A DNA stretch of 60,157 nucleotides from Nanobdellota archaeon (GCA_051819805.1 JBNJHD010000001.1:74962-135118), one strand, 5' to 3'. Shown: positions 8,101-16,970, counted from the stretch's first letter. Made by a program: numbers and translations. The notes: a model not told the origin generated them from the sequence alone.

Positions 8101-10457
8101 AAACCTACAACGGTTCATTCACGCCACTGCTCAATGGAACATATCAGTTCAAAGTATATGCGAACGATACTGTCGGAAATCATAATACGAGCGAAATAAG
8201 GAATGTCACTATAGACTATGATGATACCTGGACTGCAATGATGACAATTTCAGAACCTCAGTTCACCAACACTTCTACAGAATACTATTATGGAAATCTC
8301 ATCATCAACAACACAGGAGATTATGCGAGAAACTTCACTGCTACTCCGAATAATGCTTCACTTGAAATATATGGTGTGACATTCCCTCTAGAACTCGCTG
8401 CTTACGAGTCAATAGCAATTCCAGTAAATATAACAACTCCTGCAGATAACGGGACGTTCAACCATAAGATACTGATCAATACGTCTCCAGAAGGAACTCC
8501 TTTCAAGAGAAACCTGACACTTGATTTCTTTGTTGGAGAAGGTCCTCTCCTAGATATCACTTCTCTCAAGATCCATCGTTTCAGCAGCAACGAAATCGAA
8601 TCCTTCAGTGAAGGAGATGAACTTTCAACTGAAAAAGGATCGAGCTATGCGATTCGATACAATCTCACGAACAGAGGTTCTGAACTCGCCTCCAATGTGA
8701 CTGCAAAATATACGGTTCCTGATCCAATATCATCATCGTCGTACTCAACCTACATCAATAATCTTACTGTTGACGAATCAGCCAAAAGTACTTTCACACT
8801 GACTCCTTCAGACTCAGGAACATACAAGATAACAATCAACACGTCAGGTCTCAATCTTGATAATGAATCACTGGAAGATCAAGGGAGAGCATTGACCACT
8901 TATTTTTTCATGAAAGTATATAATCCAAACACAGGAACTACTGAACCGACTTCTCCTGCAGGTTCTGGAGATACAACTACTCCAGCGCCACTGCCTGAAC
9001 CCTCCTCAGGCAGTTCGCCACCTCCAAGTCTCTCTCCTGCAACAAATAGTACTGAAGAAGAATTCCTGTCAACAGAGAAGACGATCAACGTGTTGCGAGG
9101 AGATAATATCACGTTTCCTCTAGCAATAAAGAACATCTTCGAAAACGCAGTCCTGACAAACATCGAAATAGAGGTTGATAGCGAGTTCGAACAATATATC
9201 ACTTCAGAACCTGACATGATATATGATATTCCTCAAGGAGAATCCGAAGAGTTTCTCATCCGCTTCACCGCACCAGAGTATCTCACACAAGATACTGTGA
9301 GCATGACATTCACTATCTATGGCGATGGGATCATAGAAACGGATGATAATGGTACTGCAACTACAAAGAAACTTATTGAAGAACGAACCATAACGCTGAG
9401 AATCAGGGAGTTAACACAAGATGAAGGAAAAATCATCAAGAACGAGACTGAACAGATAGTTGAGGAACTCGAAACGAACAATATCACTTCACGAAAAGCA
9501 TCATCAATAGTGAGCTCGATAGAAGCTGCAATTGCAGAAGAAGAATACGAGGTCGCTAAGAAACTCCAGAACGATCTTGAAGACTTGATTGCACAAGCAA
9601 TTGATGCGAAGAAAAAACTGGCTGAACTAGAACGAAAAGTCGAGCAAGCAGATAAGAAAGGACTTCATATCTATGAAACGAAAAAAGTTCTCAGTCTAGC
9701 GCAATCAGCCTTCGAGAGAGAAGATTATGAGTTAGCACTGAAACGGGCGAAAGAAGCAGAACTCATAGAGATGTTCGAAGTAAAAGGAGCGTTCAACATC
9801 CTCAATTTCATCCAGCGATTCTGGTGGGCTTTACTCCTAGGAGTAGGATTGCTCTCGGTGCTTGGGGTGATTGCGTATAATAACATTCTCATTCTCTATA
9901 TAAACAAGAGACTAAGAAGTCTTTCAAGAGAAAAAAAACTCATCAAGAAAAATATGAGAGAACTCCAAAGCAAATCATTCAAAGAACAAGAAATAAGCAT
10001 GATGAGCTATCATCAGCAGATGTTCCAGTTCGAGAAACGATTAGCTGAAATAAAACGATTACAGACGAGACTGAAGATGAGAAAATTAGGTCTTATCAAT
10101 CCCTTTGAAGAACTTGAGCGGCTCAAGCAAGAACTCGAACGAACTCAGCACGACATAAAACAATCGCAAAAAAACTATTTCATAACAAAGAAAATTACAA
10201 AAAACAGATATGAAGATACGATAAACGAACTCAAGACACTGCAAGTAGAAATAGAAGAGACAATAACACTCATCACGACAAAACTCGTCAGGAAAGGTCA
10301 CTTGGCTGTTGATCTCCTTGATAAGGATGCGCGTAATTTAAGCAAGAAATCACGGGGAAAAGTCCTCATTGACACGTTTGCCTATCACCTGCTTAATATA
10401 CTCTCCTCGCTGCGTATTGACAAGCTTTTCAAGAAAGGAATGTCTAGAAGAAAATGA
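5181..10457 (+). CDS. Giant (1758 aa) N-glycosylation-sequon-rich surface protein with Ig/CARDB-like repeats, Pro/Thr linker, C-terminal TM helix and cytoplasmic coiled-coil tail
   Basis: Signal or anchor LLLLLTILVLTLPAASA. Repeated domain boundaries D-x-x-x-P-x-V/I (TIVDDVAPEV, TVHDVQAPQV, TVIDDVKPEI). Dozens of N-x-S/T sites. TM at about 9817-9900. Confidence 0.8.
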   Translation: MMSTSEKQGLRYMKRRYVSLLLLLTILVLTLPAASATSITEVPHDGFLTGSGSMVSEYYDTWYYDEQYYGVQTSRSPAMGNMSLSYNLSHITSNSANIISELNGTLVYCHTRNPRDGCTGIAPYSTSDTMNIYLQKGEGRSMEWDDVGNIPFTDRGNENTVMWETPSGVAITDYIDTNGILTVRYEYIFDTDPSTFLNDYSPIEVEYFTDREDPQSVLITPTDQSFVTSPEVNLTCNASDDAQLSNVALYHDASGTFHANETRIISGTKHQSIFTLSTLSEGIFHWNCFVTDMIGKYSFAPSNYTFTIDRTLPSLAVVSPQESSQSLLESVDLEVTTSDANGIKNVTATIKRPNGMIEKIQLSHDTRDTYIATYSATGDVGQYNVTFNSTDEAGNSRLNQTNFTIVDDVAPEVTINSPLDESMHPNGTSILIEINATDLPVGTVDTVHVTIRNSTGNVFFDQDLNESATPHIYNTTFNNTTIVDEYLLTVTANDTYGNINNTVNSTFTIAEANSSIVSLDSPETNYYTNEAIVDLTCSAQDAQGVTNLSLYHNATGLFRKEQSVPESGSPVSETFTVNFGDPGVYVWNCNATNQLGLSSFSPYNRTLTIDTIRPDIGNLSFSPGDDINTTDEINFSVNAVDETMLDSVIAEITLLDANASTTTITLSDDDSDDKFEASFADTTLDGDYMLTITATDMAGNTNLTTKIFTVHDVQAPQVELISPLENVTHTYNTTLVLEASVTDNVDVDNVFANITLSNQSTRIIELFDSNGDDLFNTSFDEMVLLGNYSIQLFVNDTSNNTNQTDPVIITVIDDVKPEITIYQPENNYTTAQNTTVINFTANDNYASNISCQLFFNATLEESNATVRVGDSTQLEITTYFQGTNNWFLTCTDHYNNTQVTSLQNITKDNKAPKIFPLHFVPEDDDVIDPNKTLNLSVKVTDSFTSPDEVIIRYKHESSANFTYNITTIYDDVSQTYNGSFTPLLNGTYQFKVYANDTVGNHNTSEIRNVTIDYDDTWTAMMTISEPQFTNTSTEYYYGNLIINNTGDYARNFTATPNNASLEIYGVTFPLELAAYESIAIPVNITTPADNGTFNHKILINTSPEGTPFKRNLTLDFFVGEGPLLDITSLKIHRFSSNEIESFSEGDELSTEKGSSYAIRYNLTNRGSELASNVTAKYTVPDPISSSSYSTYINNLTVDESAKSTFTLTPSDSGTYKITINTSGLNLDNESLEDQGRALTTYFFMKVYNPNTGTTEPTSPAGSGDTTTPAPLPEPSSGSSPPPSLSPATNSTEEEFLSTEKTINVLRGDNITFPLAIKNIFENAVLTNIEIEVDSEFEQYITSEPDMIYDIPQGESEEFLIRFTAPEYLTQDTVSMTFTIYGDGIIETDDNGTATTKKLIEERTITLRIRELTQDEGKIIKNETEQIVEELETNNITSRKASSIVSSIEAAIAEEEYEVAKKLQNDLEDLIAQAIDAKKKLAELERKVEQADKKGLHIYETKKVLSLAQSAFEREDYELALKRAKEAELIEMFEVKGAFNILNFIQRFWWALLLGVGLLSVLGVIAYNNILILYINKRLRSLSREKKLIKKNMRELQSKSFKEQEISMMSYHQQMFQFEKRLAEIKRLQTRLKMRKLGLINPFEELERLKQELERTQHDIKQSQKNYFITKKITKNRYEDTINELKTLQVEIEETITLITTKLVRKGHLAVDLLDKDARNLSKKSRGKVLIDTFAYHLLNILSSLRIDKLFKKGMSRRK

Positions 10458-11533
10458 TTTCCAAGGTTGCAAAAAAGAACTTGTTTTCACTTCTCATTCT
10501 AGTCATGACTCTTTTCACACTAACTTGTTCTGTCTTAGCTGTCAATGAAACGACTCTCACTAATACAACAATCAATACAACAGATACGGAATCGTCTGTG
10601 ACTGAAGAGGAAGCAGCTGAAACGCTTCAAGATGCTAGGAATCATATTACTCAAATGGAACAAGCGGGATTGTCAACAACCCTTGTTGAAGATCTCTATC
10701 TTCAGGCAGAGAAAGAGTTCGATGGACAAAACATAACTAAACTCTATAAACGAGCGCAAAATCTTCAAGATGCTGATCCGCAAGCGGCACTTGAACTCAT
10801 GGAAACACTCTCGAAAGCAAAATTAGAAGGGACGAAAGTAGGTGCTAATTTCAGTAAAGCTGTAGAACGGGCTGAGGAGATAGAAGCACGTAAAGAACAA
10901 GCTTTCGAAATAATGGATCGCCTCGCCTTACTCGAGATTGAAATAGAAGAACTGCAGGATAACTCTACTGATATAAAGAACTTGACAGGGATAAAAGAAT
11001 CATATTCGGCAGCAAAAGAAGCGTTCTCTTATGAACGATATGATGAAGCGCAAACCTATATGGAGGAGACGTCAACAGCGATCGGTGAAGCGCTAGTCCA
11101 GTCATCACGACTCAAAGCTATGGCCAAAGCCTCACAACGTTCTGTTGAACATTATCTGAAAACATATTATATCGAAATAAGTATAGGGGTTGTTGTGCTC
11201 GCTATCCTTTTTATCATCTCAAGGAATGAATTTCTAATCTTTCGAAAGAAAAAGAAACTCTCTGATCTTGATTTTGAGTACTCTACTATTTCAGACCTCT
11301 ATAAGAAAGCACAATCTGATTACTTTCATAAGAAACTATTATCCCAATCAACCTATAAGATGAAACAAGAGAGGTATAAGGATCGTATGGCGATGCTCAA
11401 GAAACAATTGCAGCTAGTCCATGATGAAATCAATTCCCTCAGATCGAGACGAAAAGCCTATCTTATCGGAATAGTGTATAAACAATCAGTTCGGCCTCTT
11501 TCAAAACAAGAACTAGGTCTTATTGTCGTTTAA
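10454..11533 (+). CDS. Bitopic membrane coiled-coil protein, paralogous to the C-terminal module of the giant protein
   Basis: ATGA start/stop overlap with the upstream gene. N-terminal signal or anchor, helical ectodomain, TM at about 11167-11240, basic coiled-coil tail. Confidence 0.7.
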   Translation: MISKVAKKNLFSLLILVMTLFTLTCSVLAVNETTLTNTTINTTDTESSVTEEEAAETLQDARNHITQMEQAGLSTTLVEDLYLQAEKEFDGQNITKLYKRAQNLQDADPQAALELMETLSKAKLEGTKVGANFSKAVERAEEIEARKEQAFEIMDRLALLEIEIEELQDNSTDIKNLTGIKESYSAAKEAFSYERYDEAQTYMEETSTAIGEALVQSSRLKAMAKASQRSVEHYLKTYYIEISIGVVVLAILFIISRNEFLIFRKKKKLSDLDFEYSTISDLYKKAQSDYFHKKLLSQSTYKMKQERYKDRMAMLKKQLQLVHDEINSLRSRRKAYLIGIVYKQSVRPLSKQELGLIVV

Positions 11534-11548
11534 GGGAATGAAGAAGTA

Positions 11549-11977
11549 TTATTCTTGCAATGATTTGATAATGAGTTTTGTCTTCTTTTTCAATTCTTCC
11601 TGCTTTTGAAAAGAAAGTTCGACATCTCGATACGAGATATGGATGATATCGTTAAAGAAACCAATAAGGAGTTCTCGCATATCCTTACTGATAGAGGGAG
11701 TGTTTTTTATCTGCTCAACAGCTTCAAAGTACGATTTAGCTGAAAGGCCGAACTTCTGTTTCACTCTGAGAAAAATGGTTTTTGTGATATCATCGAGACT
11801 GGTTGTTCCCTGGCCGTTTGTCATGCTTGAAAGTTTCTTCTCAATATCAAGATCTGAGAACTTATCACTTATTTCGGATGTCATGTCATCAAGACGCTTA
11901 TTGAAACGCCATAACATGTACGCTGCTCCTCCACTTATAATAAGAGCAACAATCGAAATAATGAGTGAAACAGTCAT
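11549..11977 (-). CDS. Small N-terminally anchored membrane protein, last gene of the MoxR/vWA operon
   Basis: 142-aa ORF with TM helix at residues 3-24. SD AGAGGTG and BRE/TATA at about 12009-12028 on the minus strand. Confidence 0.6.
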   Translation of the reverse strand: MTVSLIISIVALIISGGAAYMLWRFNKRLDDMTSEISDKFSDLDIEKKLSSMTNGQGTTSLDDITKTIFLRVKQKFGLSAKSYFEAVEQIKNTPSISKDMRELLIGFFNDIIHISYRDVELSFQKQEELKKKTKLIIKSLQE

Positions 11978-12029
11978 AAGACACCTCTTTTGATTACCAT
12001 TCGGGTTTCAACCTTTAAATACTTTTTTA

Positions 12030-12944
12030 TCATAATGCTCCTATTCGACTATACAAGTACAATTCCGCTATTGAAATGATCATGATGAGAAGAGTGATGT
12101 AATAACTGCTATTGAGAGGAACGCTGACTTCCTCATAGGTCGCTTCATTCAAACTCTTTTTCAAGTCAGCCTCATTCTCGACTTGATAGGCGTTACCGCC
12201 TGTCTGAGCAGTGATGTTCTGTAGAAGAGTGAAATTGAACTCTAATGCATCATAGAATTCGCTGTATTCACTGGGGATATCTTGTTCTTCTTGCTTTCCT
12301 ATGCCAAACGCGATAATCTTGATGTTCTCATCAATAGATTTATGGATTGTGTCATTAGCGATAGGTTCAGTTCCGTCAGTCAATAATAACAAAGTCTTTT
12401 CTCGAGTAGATTCTTGAAGCAGATCAATACCATAATTGATGGCGTGATCAAGATCTGTTCCGCTCTTACCATAATTGATCTCGATATCATCGATTGCCCG
12501 GGAAACTTCTTTTTTGTTCGTAGTCAATTCAGCACTGTAATCAATATTTTTTGAAAATGAAGCCATGCCGACTTTCGTGCTATTAGGAAGAACGGTAAGC
12601 CAACGCTTGGAAATCTCCTTGGCGGAAGAGAGACGGTTAGGATCATAATCGCTTTTTGCCATGCTGGAAGAATCATCGATCAGAAGAACATAATCTGTTG
12701 TTGTCACTGGCTGTATATCGGTCATCGCAACGGAATTAGTTCCTATCATGAATAATAAGAAGATAACAATGATCTTGACGATGAGAACGACAATACTCAC
12801 ATGAAACACTTTGAACCCGTGTGTTCGCTGCAAGGTCTTGATGTTACCGAAATATGTAGCTCTCTTTTTACGAAGATTACGCATCATGTAAAATGAGAAG
12901 ATAGTCAAAGCTATGAGGATGATCAGGAGAAACGAATCCCTCAA
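12030..12944 (-). CDS. von Willebrand factor A (BatA-like) membrane protein
   Basis: MIDAS motif LLIDDSSSM, N-terminal TM helices and a C-terminal TM helix. Confidence 0.8.
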   Translation of the reverse strand: MRDSFLLIILIALTIFSFYMMRNLRKKRATYFGNIKTLQRTHGFKVFHVSIVVLIVKIIVIFLLFMIGTNSVAMTDIQPVTTTDYVLLIDDSSSMAKSDYDPNRLSSAKEISKRWLTVLPNSTKVGMASFSKNIDYSAELTTNKKEVSRAIDDIEINYGKSGTDLDHAINYGIDLLQESTREKTLLLLTDGTEPIANDTIHKSIDENIKIIAFGIGKQEEQDIPSEYSEFYDALEFNFTLLQNITAQTGGNAYQVENEADLKKSLNEATYEEVSVPLNSSYYITLLIMIISIAELYLYSRIGAL

Positions 12945-12985
12945 CGGATTGTCAAGTGTTATCGCTAATGAAAAAATGTTTATCG

Positions 12986-13888
12986 TTATAATATTTCCAC
13001 TTCCTCGTCGCCCATGGATTTAATGAATGTACGGCTGAAATCCTCTCCTGTAGTGATGGAAAAACAACGCTGCCCATATTCATGGAACAAGTCCTTGATA
13101 TGTTCTATCTCCATACGAGCACGGACTTCATATTCTTCTTTAGTATTGTCGATATCAACAAGGTGTAATTTGCCGGTCTCAGGATCCTTTAGATACATCT
13201 TACCGACATTATCAGGAAGTTCATAATCTGATGGATCGCGAACCATGATACCATATACCTTTGAGAAACGGCTTGCCAGTTCAGGAAGAAATTTTTCAGG
13301 GTTGCTATTGATGAAATCAGAAATGATGAACACTATAGAATCCTCTTCGTAATTGCTGATAAGCTCATTGACAAGTCCCATCCAGTTTTTTGAACCTCCA
13401 TAGAAGTGTTTTGTACTCATGGTGTCCATGAGGTGGATGAAATCATTATCGGGATCGACAAATTCTAGAGCTTCACTGGAAAAGACTCCACCACCTGCCT
13501 TATCTCCTGCTTCGATAGCAGAATATGCAAGAATGCCTGCCACCAGAGCACCGTACTCGTTTTTCGTATATTCTTTCGTTCCCAGAAGCATGGAATCGGA
13601 GACATCAAGAACAATAACTATATTCAGTTCACGCTCTTCTTTATACGTTCTCAAGAACAACTTATCAGTACGGGCGAATATTTTCCAATCGATACGTCTC
13701 GTGTCGCCACCTGGCATATAGCGCTTGATACGATCGAACTCAAGGCCTTTGCCAGAGATAAGTTCATAATATATGAGATTCAAACGGAAGAATTCTGTTA
13801 AGTAACCTGCCTTTTTGACAGTTTCCTGAATAAGAGTCTCGAAATTGAAGGTGTTGACAATGGGGCTCTTTCTCTGTTCATCTGACAT
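12986..13888 (-). CDS. DUF58 family protein (MoxR-associated)
   Basis: YMPGGDTRRIDWKIFARTDKLFLRTYKEE and VLDVSDSM motifs. Lies between moxR and the vWA gene. Confidence 0.8.
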   Translation of the reverse strand: MSDEQRKSPIVNTFNFETLIQETVKKAGYLTEFFRLNLIYYELISGKGLEFDRIKRYMPGGDTRRIDWKIFARTDKLFLRTYKEERELNIVIVLDVSDSMLLGTKEYTKNEYGALVAGILAYSAIEAGDKAGGGVFSSEALEFVDPDNDFIHLMDTMSTKHFYGGSKNWMGLVNELISNYEEDSIVFIISDFINSNPEKFLPELASRFSKVYGIMVRDPSDYELPDNVGKMYLKDPETGKLHLVDIDNTKEEYEVRARMEIEHIKDLFHEYGQRCFSITTGEDFSRTFIKSMGDEEVEIL

Positions 13889-13909
13889 ATTCGCTACCTG
13901 TGCGTTCGA

Positions 13910-15835
13910 TTAAATAGCATCAACTTTAGCAAGGACTTCTTCAACGATCTTATCTGAAGATATGTTGTGAGCCTTACCACGATAGTTCATGCTGACCCTG
14001 TGCCTGAGAATCGCCGGAGCGACAAACCGGACATCATCAGGAAGAACATAATTACGTCCTTCCATCATCGCTTTAGCCTTAGCGGCAGCACCAAGATAGA
14101 TACTAGCACGGACTCCTGCACCGTACTTGATGAAACGAGTGCCTTCAATATTCTTGTTGATACCGCGAGTCGCTTCAACAATATCAAGGATGTATGTTCT
14201 TATCTTCTGTGAGAGATAGACGTTCTTTACTTCAGACTGGATCTTGAGAAGCTCTTCTTTTGACAATACTTGCTTGACTTGCTTATGGATGGTCTGGCTT
14301 TTTGTCGTCGCGTTCTCGGTGATGATCTTCAACTCATCATGACGCTCAGGATAAGAAAGGTCAACCTTGAACATGAAACGATCAAGTACTGCTTCAGGTA
14401 AGGAATATGTACCTTTGTTCTCAAGAGGGTTCTGTGTCGCTAGGACAAGAAATGGTCTGTCAAGGATGAACTGATCATTCTCGATATTTATCTTTTTCTC
14501 CTGCATCGCCTCCATGACAGCCGCGTGCGTTTTCGGAGGTGCACGGTTGATCTCGTCAGCGAGGACGAAGTTAGCGAAGATAGGACCTTTATATGTCGTG
14601 AACTTAGCGGTTTTCGGGTTGTAGATCTGACCTCCGATAACATCTGCTGGCAACAGGTCAGGAAGGAACTGGATACGTTTGAATGACGTTCCTGAAATGG
14701 TCTTGTTCATGGTCTCAACAAGAAGTGTCTTAGCAAGACCTGGGACACCTTCCATCAAGGTGTGAGCATCACACATCAAAGATAGGATGACTCGTTCTGT
14801 AACGTGTGTCTGTCCGATAAATACTTTCGCGATCTCGCGAAGGACTTGCTTGAGAGCTTCTGAATAAAGTTCGCATTTTTCTATGCTGATAACGCCGCTT
14901 TTGCTCTTGCTCTGATACTCTTTCGGATCCAACTCTTTCTGAGGTTCCGGTTCGTCTTCTTTTTGCTGATCCATTGCGTCATCTTGTCCTTGTTCTGTTT
15001 TCTCATCGGAAGAGTTTTCGTTAGGGATATCGCTGATATTCATAGTAATGCTGTCGTTCTGTTGTTCAGTATCTTCGCTTGTCTGATCTTGAGTGTCAGT
15101 CGTTTTCTCGTCAGAAGGGTTTTCTTCCTTCTTTGATTTACTGATGATGTTCTTGAGCTTTGAAAGGATGTTCGATTTATTGACATCGTTCTCCTCAAGT
15201 GACTCTTCGAGTTCTTCAACTTCATGAACAATGTTCTGCGCTTCAGGCTTTCGCGACTCCGAAACCAGAGGTTGCGCTTGAACTTGTTGTTCTGTATTGA
15301 TGTCATTAACTTTTTCTGAAAGTCGCTTGTTATCTTCTTTTATTTTCTCAAGCTCATCAAGAAGACGTGTCACTGCGGAGTCTTGCATAGTGGATGTTGA
15401 TTTCTTCGGTGGTCGGCCCGGCCCTCTTTTCTGCTTTTTTGGGGATGGTGATCTGCGGGCAGTAGTGGGCTGAGTACGGCGACCAGCAGTCTTTTTCTTA
15501 GAAGTGGTTGTTTTCTTCGGAGGTCGTCCTGGTCCTTTCCGCTTCACTGGGGACTGGGTTCTGCGTGCTGCTGTACTGCCTTTTGCTGTTTTCTTCGGAG
15601 GTCGACCTCGACCACGTTTTGTTGTGGTTTTCTTAGAAGCAGTCTTTTTTTTCGAAGGACGTCCTGGTCCTTTCCGCTTCTCTGGGGACTGGGTTCTGCG
15701 GGCAGTAGTGGACTGGGTGCGGGGAATAGTTTTGGTCTTGGTTCTGCGCGCTGCAGTCTTTTTTCTTGATGTTGTTTTTTTCTTAGAATGTGATGATCTT
15801 GATTTTTTACTAGTATTCTTTTTAGTCCGCGGCAC
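13910..15835 (-). CDS. MoxR-family AAA+ ATPase with ~320-aa N-terminal extension (four AT-hook-like GRP repeats, coiled coil, acidic tract)
   Basis: AAA core GVPGLAKT, LADEINRAPPKT, LATQNP. N-terminus has KGPGRPSKK, RGRGRPPKK, KGPGRPPKK, RGPGRPPKK. GTG start with SD GAGGTGGGG. Confidence 0.85.
   Translation of the reverse strand: MPRTKKNTSKKSRSSHSKKKTTSRKKTAARRTKTKTIPRTQSTTARRTQSPEKRKGPGRPSKKKTASKKTTTKRGRGRPPKKTAKGSTAARRTQSPVKRKGPGRPPKKTTTSKKKTAGRRTQPTTARRSPSPKKQKRGPGRPPKKSTSTMQDSAVTRLLDELEKIKEDNKRLSEKVNDINTEQQVQAQPLVSESRKPEAQNIVHEVEELEESLEENDVNKSNILSKLKNIISKSKKEENPSDEKTTDTQDQTSEDTEQQNDSITMNISDIPNENSSDEKTEQGQDDAMDQQKEDEPEPQKELDPKEYQSKSKSGVISIEKCELYSEALKQVLREIAKVFIGQTHVTERVILSLMCDAHTLMEGVPGLAKTLLVETMNKTISGTSFKRIQFLPDLLPADVIGGQIYNPKTAKFTTYKGPIFANFVLADEINRAPPKTHAAVMEAMQEKKINIENDQFILDRPFLVLATQNPLENKGTYSLPEAVLDRFMFKVDLSYPERHDELKIITENATTKSQTIHKQVKQVLSKEELLKIQSEVKNVYLSQKIRTYILDIVEATRGINKNIEGTRFIKYGAGVRASIYLGAAAKAKAMMEGRNYVLPDDVRFVAPAILRHRVSMNYRGKAHNISSDKIVEEVLAKVDAI
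15522..15700. repeat. Intragenic direct repeat encoding AT-hook units
   Basis: 44-nt copies at 15522-15565 and 15657-15700 differ at 2 positions. Confidence 0.85.
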
Positions 15836-16110
15836 TCAACCCCACCTCTCTTTGAACACATTATCGTGATGTATAGTGTAGATTCTTCACACTATATTAT
15901 ATATGCACTTGATTATTTTGACGGGTGCATGTTTATAAATATTTTCTTTTCTATCTGTTGTACTGGTGCATAAAGACAGAATAGTGTCTTCTCTGAACAG
16001 GACTAACATAAAATATTTTAAGTGTTGGTTCGAAGGTAATATCCTGTTTCATTTCAGTAAATTATGCTTTGAATATGTCAAAGTGTGATTTACACTGAAC
16101 AGTTAACACA

Positions 16111-16126
16111 CAAGTTTATAAAGAAC
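16111..16126 (+). promoter_or_regulatory. BRE/TATA-like element upstream of secreted-protein gene 1
   Basis: caagTTTATAAAgaac about 115 nt upstream of ATG 16241. SD GGTGAGGTG at 16222-16230. Confidence 0.5.
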
Positions 16127-16240
16127 CTCTACCCGAATATAGGTAAAACCATACTGATGTATGTTTTAAGTGTTGTTCGCACGGTGGTGTGTGAACAATA
16201 ACTTGCATATACCAGAAAAAGTGGTGAGGTGTTAATAACA

Positions 16241-16933
16241 ATGAAAAAACTAACAATGGTAATGGTTGCGCTAGTAGGTGTGATTCTGACTGTTGGCATG
16301 GCTTTCGCTGCATCATCCGATCCGCAGCAAGCTAGTTCTTCAGGTGTTACTGATGAAGGAATCTATGATTTCGGAGGAACGGCAACTGTTGATGTCAATG
16401 ACGGACATGTCTACTATCTAGACCTTGATACGAACGCATCCACTCTAAAGTGGGCAGGTTTGTACGGTAACGTAAGCGGTAACATCGTACTAAGTGACGA
16501 TGACCAGGATATGCTCTATCACTGGGCAGCAGAAGGTCGAGTTGTGTATGCAACTGAAGCTTCAACAACATGGAATCTTTCAGATGCTTCACCTGCAGAT
16601 GTAATGGATAATTACACACATCTAAATCTTCCTGATGCAGATAACTATACTGAAACCTTTACTGGTACTGGTGATGTTGATTCGGCAATCTTTACAGATA
16701 TTCCTGCATCAACAGATATGGCTCTGACTTACACTAGTGGTGAGTCTCCTCTTTGGGAAACTTACAGTCTGAAAGACGATTCAGATAACATCGTCTTCGC
16801 TGGTAAAGTTATCGAAGGTGGCGACTTAAGCTACAAAGGTACGAATGTCAACTACCAGATGATCCTTCCAGAAGATGGAACTGCTGGTGACGTTGCTGCA
16901 ACTACCTACAACTTGTACGCTGAGCTACAGTAA
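16241..16933 (+). CDS. Secreted acidic protein, paralog A (unknown family)
   Basis: Sec-type signal MKKLTMVMVALVGVILTVGMAFA/AS. Shares WAGxxGNxSGNIxLxD, VVYA, DNxVFxG, VxYQxIxP and YxxYxEL blocks with 17175-17840. Confidence 0.75.
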   Translation: MKKLTMVMVALVGVILTVGMAFAASSDPQQASSSGVTDEGIYDFGGTATVDVNDGHVYYLDLDTNASTLKWAGLYGNVSGNIVLSDDDQDMLYHWAAEGRVVYATEASTTWNLSDASPADVMDNYTHLNLPDADNYTETFTGTGDVDSAIFTDIPASTDMALTYTSGESPLWETYSLKDDSDNIVFAGKVIEGGDLSYKGTNVNYQMILPEDGTAGDVAATTYNLYAELQ

Positions 16934-16937
16934 GCAC

Positions 16938-16970
16938 AGAGGTTTTTTACCTCTCTTTTTTATTTTTTTT
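16938..16970 (+). terminator. Hairpin plus oligo-T terminator
   Basis: agaggt-ttttt-acctct followed by cttttttatttttttt. Confidence 0.6.

Noticed and set aside
12009-12022. Plus-strand-looking promoter caACCTTTAAATac between two minus-strand genes
   Set aside because: No plus-strand gene follows. The TATA core is quasi-palindromic and is better read on the minus strand as the BRE/TATA (aaaaagTATTTAAAgg) for the 11549-11977 gene.
15504-15869. ORFs 15504-15869 (+) and 15544-15861 (-) over the moxR 5' region; also 754-1092 and 1177-1746 over the 705-1694 gene
   Set aside because: They are alternative frames of repetitive low-complexity coding sequence. The chosen frames are continuous with a recognisable AAA+ core, or are the longest coherent ORF.
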